A stretch of DNA of 64,000 nucleotides from Candidatus Pacearchaeota archaeon (GTDB lineage: Archaea; Nanobdellota; Nanobdellia; Pacearchaeales; GW2011-AR1), in the NCBI GenBank assembly GCA_050303855.1, contig JBNLCO010000008.1:1236-65235 (forward strand), read 5' to 3'. The notes under the pieces were generated by a model that saw only the letters and a program-made list of their open reading frames with translations, was not told the origin of the DNA and did no database searches. Positions within the stretch are counted from its first letter, which is position 1. Each line of letters opens with the position of its first letter. A program made the translations under genes and the position numbers. Positions 28,960 through 39,131 of the stretch are shown piece after piece.

Positions 28960-29580
28960 TTAGGACTTCTTATCTAAAACAAAGAAAACATGATATTTAT
29001 TTTCATAAGGATGGATTGTTTTATTTAGATTAAAATTATCTTCAAGCACTCCCTTGATTTTCTTTAAAGGATATCCTCTCTTTCCAATTTCCCAGTAGTG
29101 TTCTCCATCAAATTCATGTTTCTTCCAGAATTTTGGAATATCTATTGATGCATTTAGATCTCGGAATCTTGGTATATTTAATTCAAGACCAAATCTAAAC
29201 CTAGAGTAAGGTAAACTTATTAGGGTTTTATCACTTGAAACCCTTGATATTTCTTTTAGGCTTTGATCAAATTTATTGAAAGGTAAATGCTCCAATACTT
29301 GGAATGCACAAACTAAATCAAAAGAATTGTCTGGGAAAGTCATATTTTCAACCCCTCCGATGTAGTCTGGATCTGTATCTTCTGCAATATCTAATGTTCT
29401 ATATTCAATGTTCTTGTCAGAGAAGTATTTCTTGAGGAAATTTGTTCCTGGACCTATTTCTAATATAGAATTTGGATTTAAAGAGTCAATTAAACCTACC
29501 TGATAATAATATGACATCCATCTCCCTTTATGGACATATTTGCTAAAGTCATAATGATCTTTATTTACTTGTTTTTCCAT
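28960..29580 (-). CDS. Class I SAM-dependent methyltransferase (glycan-locus type)
   Basis: LEIGPG, FDLVCAFQVLEHLP. Confidence 0.88.
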   Translation of the reverse strand: MEKQVNKDHYDFSKYVHKGRWMSYYYQVGLIDSLNPNSILEIGPGTNFLKKYFSDKNIEYRTLDIAEDTDPDYIGGVENMTFPDNSFDLVCAFQVLEHLPFNKFDQSLKEISRVSSDKTLISLPYSRFRFGLELNIPRFRDLNASIDIPKFWKKHEFDGEHYWEIGKRGYPLKKIKGVLEDNFNLNKTIHPYENKYHVFFVLDKKS

Positions 29581-29621
29581 AAAAACCCTATTTTTGAGTG
29601 GTTTTTAAGGATTATGAAAGT

Positions 29622-29813
29622 TTATTTTAATATTATTCGATTATCTTTGGTTACTTCAACTGCCCCGAAGAATTCTAAGTTCTCAATGTGATCCCTTATT
29701 GTTTGCCAATTAGTATTTACTTTACGCTCCAAATATCCGTAAGAACATTCTTTTACTTTCTTTAGTTCATTTAGAACTTCGTTTCTAATCTCTTTGAAGG
29801 TTCTTTTTACCAT
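29622..29813 (-). CDS. Small wHTH DNA-binding protein
   Basis: SYGYLERKVNTNWQTIRDH. Confidence 0.7.
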   Translation of the reverse strand: MVKRTFKEIRNEVLNELKKVKECSYGYLERKVNTNWQTIRDHIENLEFFGAVEVTKDNRIILK

Positions 29814-29862
29814 CCACAATATTGTAGAAACATTTATAAAATCTTATTCCACAATATTGTAG
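29814..29862. promoter_or_regulatory. Two copies of CCACAATATTGTAG flanking the TATA box of the wHTH gene
   Basis: Copies at 29814-29827 and 29849-29862 with palindromic core ACAATATTGT; TTTATAAA between them. Confidence 0.7.
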
Positions 29863-29910
29863 TGTTAATTATGGGAAGGATATATGCATACCCTAGTCAA
29901 GCAAGTAATC

Positions 29911-31125
29911 TTATAGAGAAGAATTTATTTTGGATTCTTTTGATTTTGGGGGTTTGTGTGATCTGTCTGGGATCTTTTTAATAAGGGGTTTAGTTGAAAC
30001 CCTATATTTGTTGTAATTCTCTTCAACTAATTTGAATAGTTTACCTTTGACTGCATCAAAGCTATATTCTTTTATACATTTTTCTCTAGCTTTCTTACCA
30101 AGATTTTTTGCAAATTTAGGATTGTCAAAGACATACTTTATTTTTTCTGCAAGTTGATCTGGTTTTTCGGGTTCCACTATAATTCCGCAACCATCTAAGA
30201 CTTTTGGGATATCTGAGACATTTGTTGAGATTATAGGTTTTCCCATAGCCATTGCATCGAAGAGTTTTGCAGGAATTTGTCCTATAGAAGAATTTGATTC
30301 TCTTTGAGGTATTACAACAACATTTGCAATAGAAAGAAAATCTTGCACTTTTTTAAGGGGTTGTTTTCCAATAAATAAAACATTTTTATTATTCTCTTGG
30401 ATTAATTTTCTTACATAGGAATCTTCTAAATCTGCTCCAACAATGAGCAATTGTGTGTCTCTTCTATTTAGCATCTTAATTGAATTTATCAAATCTTCGA
30501 TACCTTTATGCTTTCTTATTGTGCCAAAGAATAAAACCACCTTTTTATTTTCAATCCCGAGCTTACTTTTAAGATTATTTGTGTTCTTCCTGCAGGGCTT
30601 TATTTTTTGAGTATCTTTGACATGAGGGATAACCTTTCCCCCAAATCTTTTATTTAAAAAAGAATTTGAAACAGTTAAGCCATCTGATTTTTTAACAAGC
30701 TTTTCAAGAACAAAAGTATAAAGTGCATTATTAGGATCCCAAAAATGAGCTAAGCTATAAAGCATGTAAAGAGGGTTATGGTAAAATCCCATCTCCCAGT
30801 CATCAATATCTAATATCAAGGGCACCCTTGTTTTTAATTTTTTTATTAAACCGTAACCAAAACTAGTTCCTTTTGGCTTTATAGCATAGATTAAATCTCC
30901 GTCAATCAAAGAAGATATCTCTTTGAAATTAAGATTTCTCTTAACAAATTTATATTTGATTGATTTATCCTCTTCAACAGGCTCCCATAAACCTTTTTTA
31001 GAGAGGGGTCCAATAATCTCAACCTCATATCTCATTTTCAATATTTTTGCTAAAATATATGCCCTACCAAGACAGTTTTCAGATAAGTCATGAGACAAAA
31101 TAGATACTTTTATTTTGGATTTCAT
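29911..31125 (-). CDS. Glycosyltransferase family 4
   Basis: FFGTIRKHKG; PAKLFDAMAMGKPIIST. Confidence 0.9.
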   Translation of the reverse strand: MKSKIKVSILSHDLSENCLGRAYILAKILKMRYEVEIIGPLSKKGLWEPVEEDKSIKYKFVKRNLNFKEISSLIDGDLIYAIKPKGTSFGYGLIKKLKTRVPLILDIDDWEMGFYHNPLYMLYSLAHFWDPNNALYTFVLEKLVKKSDGLTVSNSFLNKRFGGKVIPHVKDTQKIKPCRKNTNNLKSKLGIENKKVVLFFGTIRKHKGIEDLINSIKMLNRRDTQLLIVGADLEDSYVRKLIQENNKNVLFIGKQPLKKVQDFLSIANVVVIPQRESNSSIGQIPAKLFDAMAMGKPIISTNVSDIPKVLDGCGIIVEPEKPDQLAEKIKYVFDNPKFAKNLGKKAREKCIKEYSFDAVKGKLFKLVEENYNKYRVSTKPLIKKIPDRSHKPPKSKESKINSSL

Positions 31126-33542
31126 TTGAAGATTCCTGAACCTCCATTGGAATAGATTTTGTTTTTATTATCTCTTAAGAATTCGTTTGGGAAATTATAT
31201 GAGATTAAATAGTTTCCAAAAAATCCAAATGCTAGAGAATCCAATATGTTTGTTCTTCCAGCGTAAACATAACTAGTTTTGTCTAATATTAGTGCTGAGG
31301 GGAATATATTTTGATCATAATTTCTTCCCAAAATGGGATATTTTGTTGAGAAAATCTTGAATTTTGTGTATTTATCAAGATAGAGCTTCTCGTCAGGCAA
31401 AATATTATTTATAGACCAATAGTTGGAATTGGCTTCATAAAAGGAGACATAATGTAAATCGTATTCTTTTCCATAATTATCAAATCTTATCTGGGTCGAT
31501 GGTCCCCCAATTAAAGAGAAAAGAATGTTTGTAAATATAATTAGATAAAATATAATAAAAATTGTTAAGAGAATATAATTTTTATGTGTAAATTTACTAA
31601 CTATTGTTTGAAAACCAATAACAAAAGGGAAAGATAAAATCATCAATAATTGTTGGTATAATCTATCCACCCCATAGCTTGAGGAAGAAAAAGGAAGAAA
31701 AATGGTAAAAAGTAGTAAAAAAGATGACAAAGCAAATAGGAAATAATTCTTGAAACCTTTAATTTTCAAGAGTATAACCAACCCAATAAAAACAAATAGA
31801 ACACTAATCTGGACTAAGAACTTTTGGAGAGGATATATCTTTGCAAAGATGCCTTTGAATTTACCCGTTTTGTAGGAAGAGAATTTCTCATAAACTGAAT
31901 ACCCTTTAATCTTGTTTAGGGCATCATCCCCTTCTTGTCTGGATAAACTATTTATCAAATTTTGATTATAATTCTCGAGAACTTTTGAAGTAGTTAAAGT
32001 ATTTGTTCTATTTACGAAAGGCAATATATCTTTCCAGAAAGCATTTTCAGGCAAATCTTCTCCAAAGATGTGGTTAAAATTTGATAAACTTTCGTGTGTA
32101 AAATCGATTAACCCCTCAGATACAGGTGTGACTTGGTTATACCACAAGAAACCAAAGAGTAGGAGAAGAACTATTAGTGACCCTGTAAGAATTATCTTTT
32201 TAACATACTTTGAATCGTCCCAAATAGTTGATTTTCTTTTTGATATGTTTGTAAAAAAATTTAATAAATAAAATAAAATTAATGTGAGTAGTGCGATATA
32301 TGCCGTAGAATAGTGGCTCAAAATCATTGAGACTCCAAAAGTTAAGAGGAAGATTTTTGAGTTGACCTCGCGTAATTTTTGGTTAAACATTACCAAGAAC
32401 ATTAGGGCAAGGAAAATGAAGGCTATCTCTTGTCTGGCTGGGAGCAGATCCCAAGAAGTGAATGTGGGTTGAGCAATAAAGAATAATCCGGACAAATAAG
32501 AAATGAACGAATTCTTTGCTAATTTATTCACCAGTAGAAAGATTATTATTCCGACGATAGAAAACAATAAAGGGAAATAAATCCTCAAGATATATGAAAT
32601 TTCCATGTTTGATAAAGAGGATATTATGCTGGGTAAGAGACTCACAGACAACATAAAATTGTAACTATACTTGGTTGAATTTGCACTCCAAAGAGCATTT
32701 GAATTTGTTAAGAGAGATATTTGATGTTCTGTATTCTGATCGCTTCCGGAAATAAACCAACCCCTCATGCTTCCTGTGTAAATCAAAGCTAGGCTTATCC
32801 AATACAATGCCCAAGGCCATATATTCTTGTCTAATTTCTTTCTAAAGATTGTTAGCAGAATGATATAAACAGCTATACTTCCAAGCATTATCATTGTTAG
32901 TATATTTGGCCCATGATTGTTTAGGAAGAAAGCTCCTAAAATTGATAGAACTGGGAAGATCATTGGTATTGTAAAGAATATATTGTTTAGTCTGTCTAAT
33001 TTTAGAAGTGTGAAAGGTTTTGGTTTAAAGTCTTTGTTTCTTTTGTAAGCTACTGAACCAAGAACAATTAGGAAAATATCAAAGCAGATTAGGATTGGAT
33101 AAAGTGAAAGGGGTTTGTCAGTAATACCTATCCAAGGTAAAACCCAATTTACAATTAAACCTGCAAACATGATGAATGAAATACTAAGCCCCACAGTATA
33201 AACTAAATATCCCCAAAACCCAATATTACGTATTTTGAAGCAGAGCATAATTATTATTCCTGGTACACTTACTAAAAACAAGAATCCAAGAATTTGTCTC
33301 AAGTATAAGATATTGAAATCAAAGAAAATTAGCAGATTAATAATTAATGTGAATAATGCTAATCCCAGAAAGATATTCTTTCTGTTAAGAGTAAATAGTT
33401 TCTGACGTTCAAACTGAGGAGAAGGTTCTTCTTCAAAAACTTCTTCTGGAATTTTAAAGAAGTTCTTTATTCTTTGTTTGAATTTACTTGCCTTTTTTGG
33501 CTCTTTCTTTTTTTGATTTTGTTTTCTGGTTTTTCTTTTCAT
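31122..33542 (-). CDS. Large multi-TM protein, DUF2206-like (possible GT-C fold)
   Basis: Many TMs; GSD, ARQEIA, R.YQQ and NKIYSNG..IF motifs. Confidence 0.7.
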   Translation of the reverse strand: MKRKTRKQNQKKKEPKKASKFKQRIKNFFKIPEEVFEEEPSPQFERQKLFTLNRKNIFLGLALFTLIINLLIFFDFNILYLRQILGFLFLVSVPGIIIMLCFKIRNIGFWGYLVYTVGLSISFIMFAGLIVNWVLPWIGITDKPLSLYPILICFDIFLIVLGSVAYKRNKDFKPKPFTLLKLDRLNNIFFTIPMIFPVLSILGAFFLNNHGPNILTMIMLGSIAVYIILLTIFRKKLDKNIWPWALYWISLALIYTGSMRGWFISGSDQNTEHQISLLTNSNALWSANSTKYSYNFMLSVSLLPSIISSLSNMEISYILRIYFPLLFSIVGIIIFLLVNKLAKNSFISYLSGLFFIAQPTFTSWDLLPARQEIAFIFLALMFLVMFNQKLREVNSKIFLLTFGVSMILSHYSTAYIALLTLILFYLLNFFTNISKRKSTIWDDSKYVKKIILTGSLIVLLLLFGFLWYNQVTPVSEGLIDFTHESLSNFNHIFGEDLPENAFWKDILPFVNRTNTLTTSKVLENYNQNLINSLSRQEGDDALNKIKGYSVYEKFSSYKTGKFKGIFAKIYPLQKFLVQISVLFVFIGLVILLKIKGFKNYFLFALSSFLLLFTIFLPFSSSSYGVDRLYQQLLMILSFPFVIGFQTIVSKFTHKNYILLTIFIIFYLIIFTNILFSLIGGPSTQIRFDNYGKEYDLHYVSFYEANSNYWSINNILPDEKLYLDKYTKFKIFSTKYPILGRNYDQNIFPSALILDKTSYVYAGRTNILDSLAFGFFGNYLISYNFPNEFLRDNKNKIYSNGGSGIFK

Positions 33543-34710
33543 TTTGTTTTTCTTGATGTTCTTTTAATACTTTTAATATCACTTTATTTGTCTCTTGAAT
33601 TTGGTGATCTAGGGTAAAATTGTGAATAACTTTTTTATATCCTGCCTCGCCCATTTGTTTAGCTTCCTTAGGATTATTCAATATTTTTATGATTGCTTCT
33701 GCCAAAACCCTTGAATTTCTTGGAGGGACTAAAAAACCATTTACCTTGTCATCAATAACATAAGGAACCCCTCCTATATTCGATCCAACAACAGGTTTTT
33801 TACAAGCCATTGCTTCAATTAAAACCATTCCAAAACTTTCTGCTTCGGAAACTGAGGGCAATGCCAACAGCGAAGAATTATTATATTCTACGACAAGATC
33901 TTTCCCCCTTAAAGCTCCTGAAAACACCACATTCTTAGAAAGTTTTAATTTTTTAACCATATCTTTGTAGTCTTCTACCGCATCACCTTCTCCAATCAAA
34001 TTCAATTTCACGTTGGGAAACTTGCCCCTAACAAAGAGGATAGCCCCTATCAAAAAGTTTATTCCCTTCCACTTGGAAGTTTTATCAATTCTTCCAACAT
34101 AAAGAATCGTTATCTGCTTCAAACGTTTATTTTCTGGTTTAAACAAATTGAGGTCCACACTAGGAGTTATTGTTTGAGATTTTGACTCATAACCCCTTAA
34201 GAAATGCTCCTTTACGAAATCAGAAGTGAATATTATATAAGAAACTCTTTTTAAAATCCAAGGCAAAAATAATTTTTCGTAGAAAAATATAATTAAATTC
34301 TTGAAACCTGCTTTCTCTTTTTTCATACTTCCAGAATGATATTTTATTATAGAGGGTATTCTCTTATTTGAGAGTATTGTGATATCTGAAATAAATGGAA
34401 CTGGGGAATGAGCCATTATAATTGAAGGATTTTCTTTATTAATTATCTCGCTAATTTTCTTTCTCCATCTGAAGCTTATAGGTGTATTTGATATTTTAAA
34501 CTGCCTTGGAAGGCGGTAAACTTTCATTCCTTCAATAAACTCTTCTTTGTATATTTTGTTTTCGTGATTAGAAGTTATTATCACAATTTTATAATTAAAT
34601 TTTTTCTTTAGCCCTTTGTATAGATTGTAAGTGTGTTTCTCGACACCCCCTATCTTTGGATAAAAATACGGAACCACTACTAGAAGTTTTTTTTCATTTC
34701 TTGATTGCAT
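33484..34710 (-). CDS. Glycosyltransferase family 4
   Basis: FYPKIGG; ESFGMVLIEAMACKKPVV. Confidence 0.92.
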   Translation of the reverse strand: MQSRNEKKLLVVVPYFYPKIGGVEKHTYNLYKGLKKKFNYKIVIITSNHENKIYKEEFIEGMKVYRLPRQFKISNTPISFRWRKKISEIINKENPSIIMAHSPVPFISDITILSNKRIPSIIKYHSGSMKKEKAGFKNLIIFFYEKLFLPWILKRVSYIIFTSDFVKEHFLRGYESKSQTITPSVDLNLFKPENKRLKQITILYVGRIDKTSKWKGINFLIGAILFVRGKFPNVKLNLIGEGDAVEDYKDMVKKLKLSKNVVFSGALRGKDLVVEYNNSSLLALPSVSEAESFGMVLIEAMACKKPVVGSNIGGVPYVIDDKVNGFLVPPRNSRVLAEAIIKILNNPKEAKQMGEAGYKKVIHNFTLDHQIQETNKVILKVLKEHQEKQNEKKNQKTKSKKERAKKGK

Positions 34711-35710
34711 TCCAAATCCCTCCTAAAACTCCTACACCATAGAATATATGTTCTAACGGATAAAGGAACATTGTCGCAAAATTGTATAACTTTTTGGTAT
34801 TAAAAACTATTTTTATGGAATTGAAGAAAACGAGGGTTAAATATACTAGAATAACTCCAAGATAGATGTCTAACATTAACTGGTTGAACATCCCAAAAAT
34901 AAACCCTCCAATTAAACCTAAAACAAAGAGCGGGGCAATAATTGCAAAGAATCTTATCTTACCAATTTTTCTATAAACATTAATTTGAGCTTTACCATAT
35001 GAATACATTTGTTTAAAGAAATTAGCAAAATTTGGTTCTTGGTGATGATAAATGATCGGGTCTTTATTGAAAACAATCTTATACCCTTCTCTATTTAATC
35101 TCAAACCAAACTCATAATCTTCTCCAACACCCAATTCAGAATATCTCTCTTTTACAACAGTTTCTCTTAAGTATATGGCGTTATAATTTGGAATAGAGTC
35201 GACATATTTCTTTTTTGTTTCTATGAAACAATTGCTGCCTCCTGAACCAAATAGAGTGCCCATAAGATTGTTTAAGACTTTTTCTTTCCAATCCTTCGTC
35301 TCTATTGGTTTCCTTACCCCTCCAACGGCAACCACTTTTGAATCAAGTTCCCTTTCTTTTTCTATGCTCTTAACTAAATTATTTAACCAATTTTTATCTA
35401 CAATACAATCTCCGTCTGTAAATGCAACATATTTTCCTTCTGCATTATCCAATACAAGATTACGGGCTTTTCCATGGGTTCCCTTTTTCCAAGGCTCAAC
35501 GATCAAACGAATATTTTTATTCTTTTTAATTAATTTTTTTATAATAGCTTGCGTTCTGTCGGTTGAATTACCATCAACAACCAAAACCCGATAGCTACCT
35601 TTAGAATATGTTGAATCCAATATCGAGTTTATTGTGTCTTCTATATGCATTTCTTCATTTTTTACAATTATTCCTACTGTAACAAAAGGGAGATCCTTCT
35701 CTTTTTTCAT
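34694..35710 (-). CDS. Glycosyltransferase family 2 with C-terminal TMs
   Basis: VVDGNSTD, FTDGDC, GEDYE. Confidence 0.9.
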   Translation of the reverse strand: MKKEKDLPFVTVGIIVKNEEMHIEDTINSILDSTYSKGSYRVLVVDGNSTDRTQAIIKKLIKKNKNIRLIVEPWKKGTHGKARNLVLDNAEGKYVAFTDGDCIVDKNWLNNLVKSIEKERELDSKVVAVGGVRKPIETKDWKEKVLNNLMGTLFGSGGSNCFIETKKKYVDSIPNYNAIYLRETVVKERYSELGVGEDYEFGLRLNREGYKIVFNKDPIIYHHQEPNFANFFKQMYSYGKAQINVYRKIGKIRFFAIIAPLFVLGLIGGFIFGMFNQLMLDIYLGVILVYLTLVFFNSIKIVFNTKKLYNFATMFLYPLEHIFYGVGVLGGIWNAIKK

Positions 35711-35714
35711 TTTA

Positions 35715-36449
35715 CTAGAACCCCATTATGCCCAATTTCTTTACAAACAAATGAGTTGTATTTCTTACAGCATCTTTCCAGCCATCAAGCTTAACTTCTC
35801 CAACACGGGCACGGTATTCAATATCAATCTCTTTACATTTGAATCCTTTCTTGTGTACTTCTATCTTTAATTCTTGGGAGAAAGGCATTCCAGATGATTT
35901 AACATGAAGCTTCTTCCATATTTCTCTTCTAAATATCCACATTCCAGATTGAGAATCTCTAAAAGGAAAACCTCTCCAAAGAATTCTGCAAATTCCTGAT
36001 AAGAAATGGTTACCAAAAACATGACTTGCATGCATGTTTTCTTTGTGAACGTTATGAAGTCTATTTGTATTCATGAAATCTAAATTTTCATTTTCTAAAA
36101 TTTCTAAGAAAGCGTGAGCGTTTTCAAAAGGGTAGGTACAATCTGCATCTCCAGTAATTATATAGTCTCCATGACAGTTTGCAAATCCTGCTTTGTAAGC
36201 ATTACCATATCCCTTTATTGGTTGAACAAATACAGTTGCACCATTATTTCTTGCAAGATGTCCTGTTTTGTCTGTAGAATTATTATCAACCACCACAATT
36301 TCAGTATCATAACCTAATTTCTTAAGTTTGGATATTGGAATTTGATTAATTACCGTCTCTATTGCTTCTTCTTCATTATAAGCCGGGATAATAAAACTAA
36401 CCTTTTTTCTTGAACCCTTATCTAACTTCTTACTTGAAACCTTTTTCAT
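35715..36449 (-). CDS. GT2, DPM1-like polyprenol-phosphate glycosyltransferase
   Basis: IIPAYNEE, VVDNNSTD, DAD, DSQSG, YRARVGEVKL. Confidence 0.9.
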   Translation of the reverse strand: MKKVSSKKLDKGSRKKVSFIIPAYNEEEAIETVINQIPISKLKKLGYDTEIVVVDNNSTDKTGHLARNNGATVFVQPIKGYGNAYKAGFANCHGDYIITGDADCTYPFENAHAFLEILENENLDFMNTNRLHNVHKENMHASHVFGNHFLSGICRILWRGFPFRDSQSGMWIFRREIWKKLHVKSSGMPFSQELKIEVHKKGFKCKEIDIEYRARVGEVKLDGWKDAVRNTTHLFVKKLGIMGF

Positions 36450-36546
36450 GAAAATAAACCTTAGAAGTTGTTTATAAATATTGTTGTTCGTAATTGAAAA
36501 GTGACATAAATAACAAGATTTATAAGTTGTAAAATTATCCTCTTAT

Positions 36547-37179
36547 ATGAGATACGGCACATATGATGCTTTAGTCATTCCAACGGGGGAGACAACTTTT
36601 GGAGATAAAAGTTTTCCTGTGGGTAGGAAGGCAATAGACTTATTCAAAGGTGGAAGATATGGGAATATATTTGTGACTGGAGGTCATGGAGGATTTGCTA
36701 AAGTATTTCCAAAATACGCTATTTCTGAAGCTGAAGAAACGGTGGATTTTTTATATAATCAGGGAATGGACCCAGAAAAAGTATTTTATGATAATCAATC
36801 ACTAGAAACTGTTGGAAATTTTACTTTTCCTTTAGTTCAACCTATGGATGGCAATCAATCCTTAGATGAGTTTAAGAAAATACAAATTATTGCTAAAGAA
36901 GGACATATTTGGAGAATACACGATTATGTTAAAGCGGTTATGCCTTCAAGTGTAGAAGTAGATTATTATTCTATTCCAGGAAAGCACAACGATGGACTTT
37001 TTGCTAAAGTTTATCATAAAGCTATGATGAAGGCTCTTAAGAATAGGAAGGATCCTTTGGCAGCACACGAATTCTTATTGAAAGAACATCCATTTTATTC
37101 TGAAGATTGGTATTTCAAAAGCCCAAATAAGAGGAAATTAATAACTGCATTAAAAGGGTTGGATTGGCTTACAGAGTAA
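36547..37179 (+). CDS. YdcF/DUF218 (ElyC/SanA-like) protein
   Basis: FVTGG, SEAE, S.ETVGN, HIWR. Confidence 0.75.
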   Translation: MRYGTYDALVIPTGETTFGDKSFPVGRKAIDLFKGGRYGNIFVTGGHGGFAKVFPKYAISEAEETVDFLYNQGMDPEKVFYDNQSLETVGNFTFPLVQPMDGNQSLDEFKKIQIIAKEGHIWRIHDYVKAVMPSSVEVDYYSIPGKHNDGLFAKVYHKAMMKALKNRKDPLAAHEFLLKEHPFYSEDWYFKSPNKRKLITALKGLDWLTE

Positions 37180-37224
37180 TCAAAGTACAACAATACTTAT
37201 AAAGTCAGATTTATCTCAATTTTT

Positions 37225-37503
37225 ATGGGAAATAAGGAATCAAAGTGGTATAATTCCAATTTTTATCATACTGTTGGGCAAGGTATCGCTATTGGAACAG
37301 TAATTTTGGCTAGTGCGTTTGGGGTGAGAACATGTGAGGGTCCAACTGATAACGAGGTTGAATTGGAAAAGATGAGATCAGGATATATTCTCAAACAGGA
37401 AGACTTGAACAATAATGGAAAAAATGAAGAGTTTTATGAGATTAAAGGGCAGAAATATTTCTCAAAAATTGATGGGCAAAATCTCGAGAATTCTCTGAAG
37501 TAA
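37225..37503 (+). CDS. Small membrane-anchored hypothetical protein
   Basis: One TM; DLNNNGKNE motif. Confidence 0.6.
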   Translation: MGNKESKWYNSNFYHTVGQGIAIGTVILASAFGVRTCEGPTDNEVELEKMRSGYILKQEDLNNNGKNEEFYEIKGQKYFSKIDGQNLENSLK

Positions 37504-37539
37504 ATTCTAAATAATTAAAAAAATATAGGTGACCACAAT

Positions 37540-37583
37540 TACGTCTACAACTAAATCGTATTTCTGTTTGATGTAGACGTATA
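37540..37583. repeat. Left 44-bp site TACGTCTACAACT-N16-TGATGTAGACGTATA abutting the Fic stop codon
   Basis: Arms are the exact reverse complement of the arms at 38487-38530. Confidence 0.85.
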
Positions 37584-38480
37584 CTAGTACTTGATCTTTT
37601 CTTCTTTAAGGATTTTATATAAGAATAAAGTTAAAGGTCTTAAATCCCCTTTCAAGTGTGAAGAATCAAGAGCCTCATAATAAAGATATTTCTGTTTATG
37701 GGGGATGTTTATCATAGGGTAACCATTTTTATGAAGAATGAAATTTATCAATAATCTTCCAACTCTCCCATTTCCGTCAACAAAAGGGTGGATCGCTTCA
37801 AATGCTGAATGAAAATAAGCAGACAATATCAAAGGATGGAGTTTTTTCTTATTTTTTGTATACCAAGATAGTAATTGTCCTATTTCTTTTGGAACTTCTT
37901 TAGGTTTAGGAGGCATCCACTCTGTTCCTCTTATATATACTTGTAACGTTCTATACTTTCCAACTTGATTTTTTAGGTCTTCCTTTAGAGTATTTTTAAC
38001 TACTAATTCGTGTAGTTTTAGCATAAATTCTTTATTTAGATCTCCTTTGAAGTTTAAAATATAGTCAAAAGCTTCTTTGTGATTTATTATTTCATTTATT
38101 TCTCTTGTAGTTTTTCTTGGAGTTATTCCTTCAAATAATAACTGAGAGGTTTCTTGAAGAGTTAGAGTATTTCCTTCTATGTTTGTTGAATCATAAGTAA
38201 ATAGGGATACAAAGGCTTCGTATTTGCTTTCTTCATAATCCTTGTTCTTTAAATGTGTTTTTTTTATCTTCTCTAAATCCTTCTTTTCTTCATCTAATAA
38301 TAAAGTGGAGAGAAGCATCAACTCCTTGTCTGCAGATTTTTCTAACTTGGTTAAATTATCTTTATCTAGATCTACTCCCATATAGACTCTCTTTTTTATT
38401 ACCTTTTTACCAATTCTCTTTGAAATTACCCTGTAATAATATTTCTTCTTCCCTTTTTCTTTAATTTCTGTATATACCAT
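37584..38480 (-). CDS. Fic-family protein with N-terminal basic beta domain
   Basis: HPFVDGNGRVGR; inhibitory motif STNIEGN. Confidence 0.92.
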   Translation of the reverse strand: MVYTEIKEKGKKKYYYRVISKRIGKKVIKKRVYMGVDLDKDNLTKLEKSADKELMLLSTLLLDEEKKDLEKIKKTHLKNKDYEESKYEAFVSLFTYDSTNIEGNTLTLQETSQLLFEGITPRKTTREINEIINHKEAFDYILNFKGDLNKEFMLKLHELVVKNTLKEDLKNQVGKYRTLQVYIRGTEWMPPKPKEVPKEIGQLLSWYTKNKKKLHPLILSAYFHSAFEAIHPFVDGNGRVGRLLINFILHKNGYPMINIPHKQKYLYYEALDSSHLKGDLRPLTLFLYKILKEEKIKY

Positions 38481-38486
38481 AATATC

Positions 38487-38530
38487 TATACGTCTACATC
38501 ATTTAAATATCTTTCGGAGTTGTAGACGTA
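38487..38530. promoter_or_regulatory. Right 44-bp site: operator-like arms around the BRE/TATA of the Fic promoter
   Basis: TATACGTCTACATCA-N16-AGTTGTAGACGTA; spacer on minus strand reads CCGAAAGATATTTAAA. Confidence 0.8.
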
Positions 38531-38876
38531 TAAATTGGGTCTTAGAAAAGTTTATAGTTTAGAATTGGTATATTAGGATTCATGTTTACAATTGAAATAA
38601 GTGATGAAGTAAAAACATGGTAGAATCTTTTGGTACCCCCGGCGAATCTTTTGAAACTATGATTAAGAGAAGTTTTGCTTAAGATTGGTCCGGACGGTTT
38701 TTGATTTAGAAAACCCTTAAATATAGTCAATAAGTTGGATTTTTATGAGAGTTCTCAAAAGACTTAAAAAGAATAGAAGACTAGTTGTTTCATGAAGTTC
38801 AAAGAGGTTTTGAAATTCGATCGTTCTGAAGAGGTTAGTTTTATAAATATGGGGGACTGTTTTTTATTCCTATAAA

Positions 38877-39131
38877 ATGGAACAACAATTTTCAATTAAA
38901 TCGCCTGAAGACATGAAAACATTACTTAAGTCTAGAGAGGATGGTTTGAAAAAATTCATGAATGAAGCTATAGAGTCCGAGTTTGATTTGCTTGAATTTA
39001 ATTTATTTATATCTTCTATAGGAAAAGATAAATTAGATGAGTCAACCAAAATTGTTAGGGATATGAGAAAAAAGGTTGATGAAGGGAAAATAGATTTGTC
39101 TAATTATGAAGATTTGGCTGATGATTTTTAA
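38877..39131 (+). CDS. Hypothetical acidic protein
   Basis: 84-aa ORF with TATA upstream. Confidence 0.6.
   Translation: MEQQFSIKSPEDMKTLLKSREDGLKKFMNEAIESEFDLLEFNLFISSIGKDKLDESTKIVRDMRKKVDEGKIDLSNYEDLADDF

Noticed and set aside
38540..38870. Long intergenic region as ncRNA or 62-aa ORF
   Set aside because: No convincing stems, motif or coding signal visible by eye
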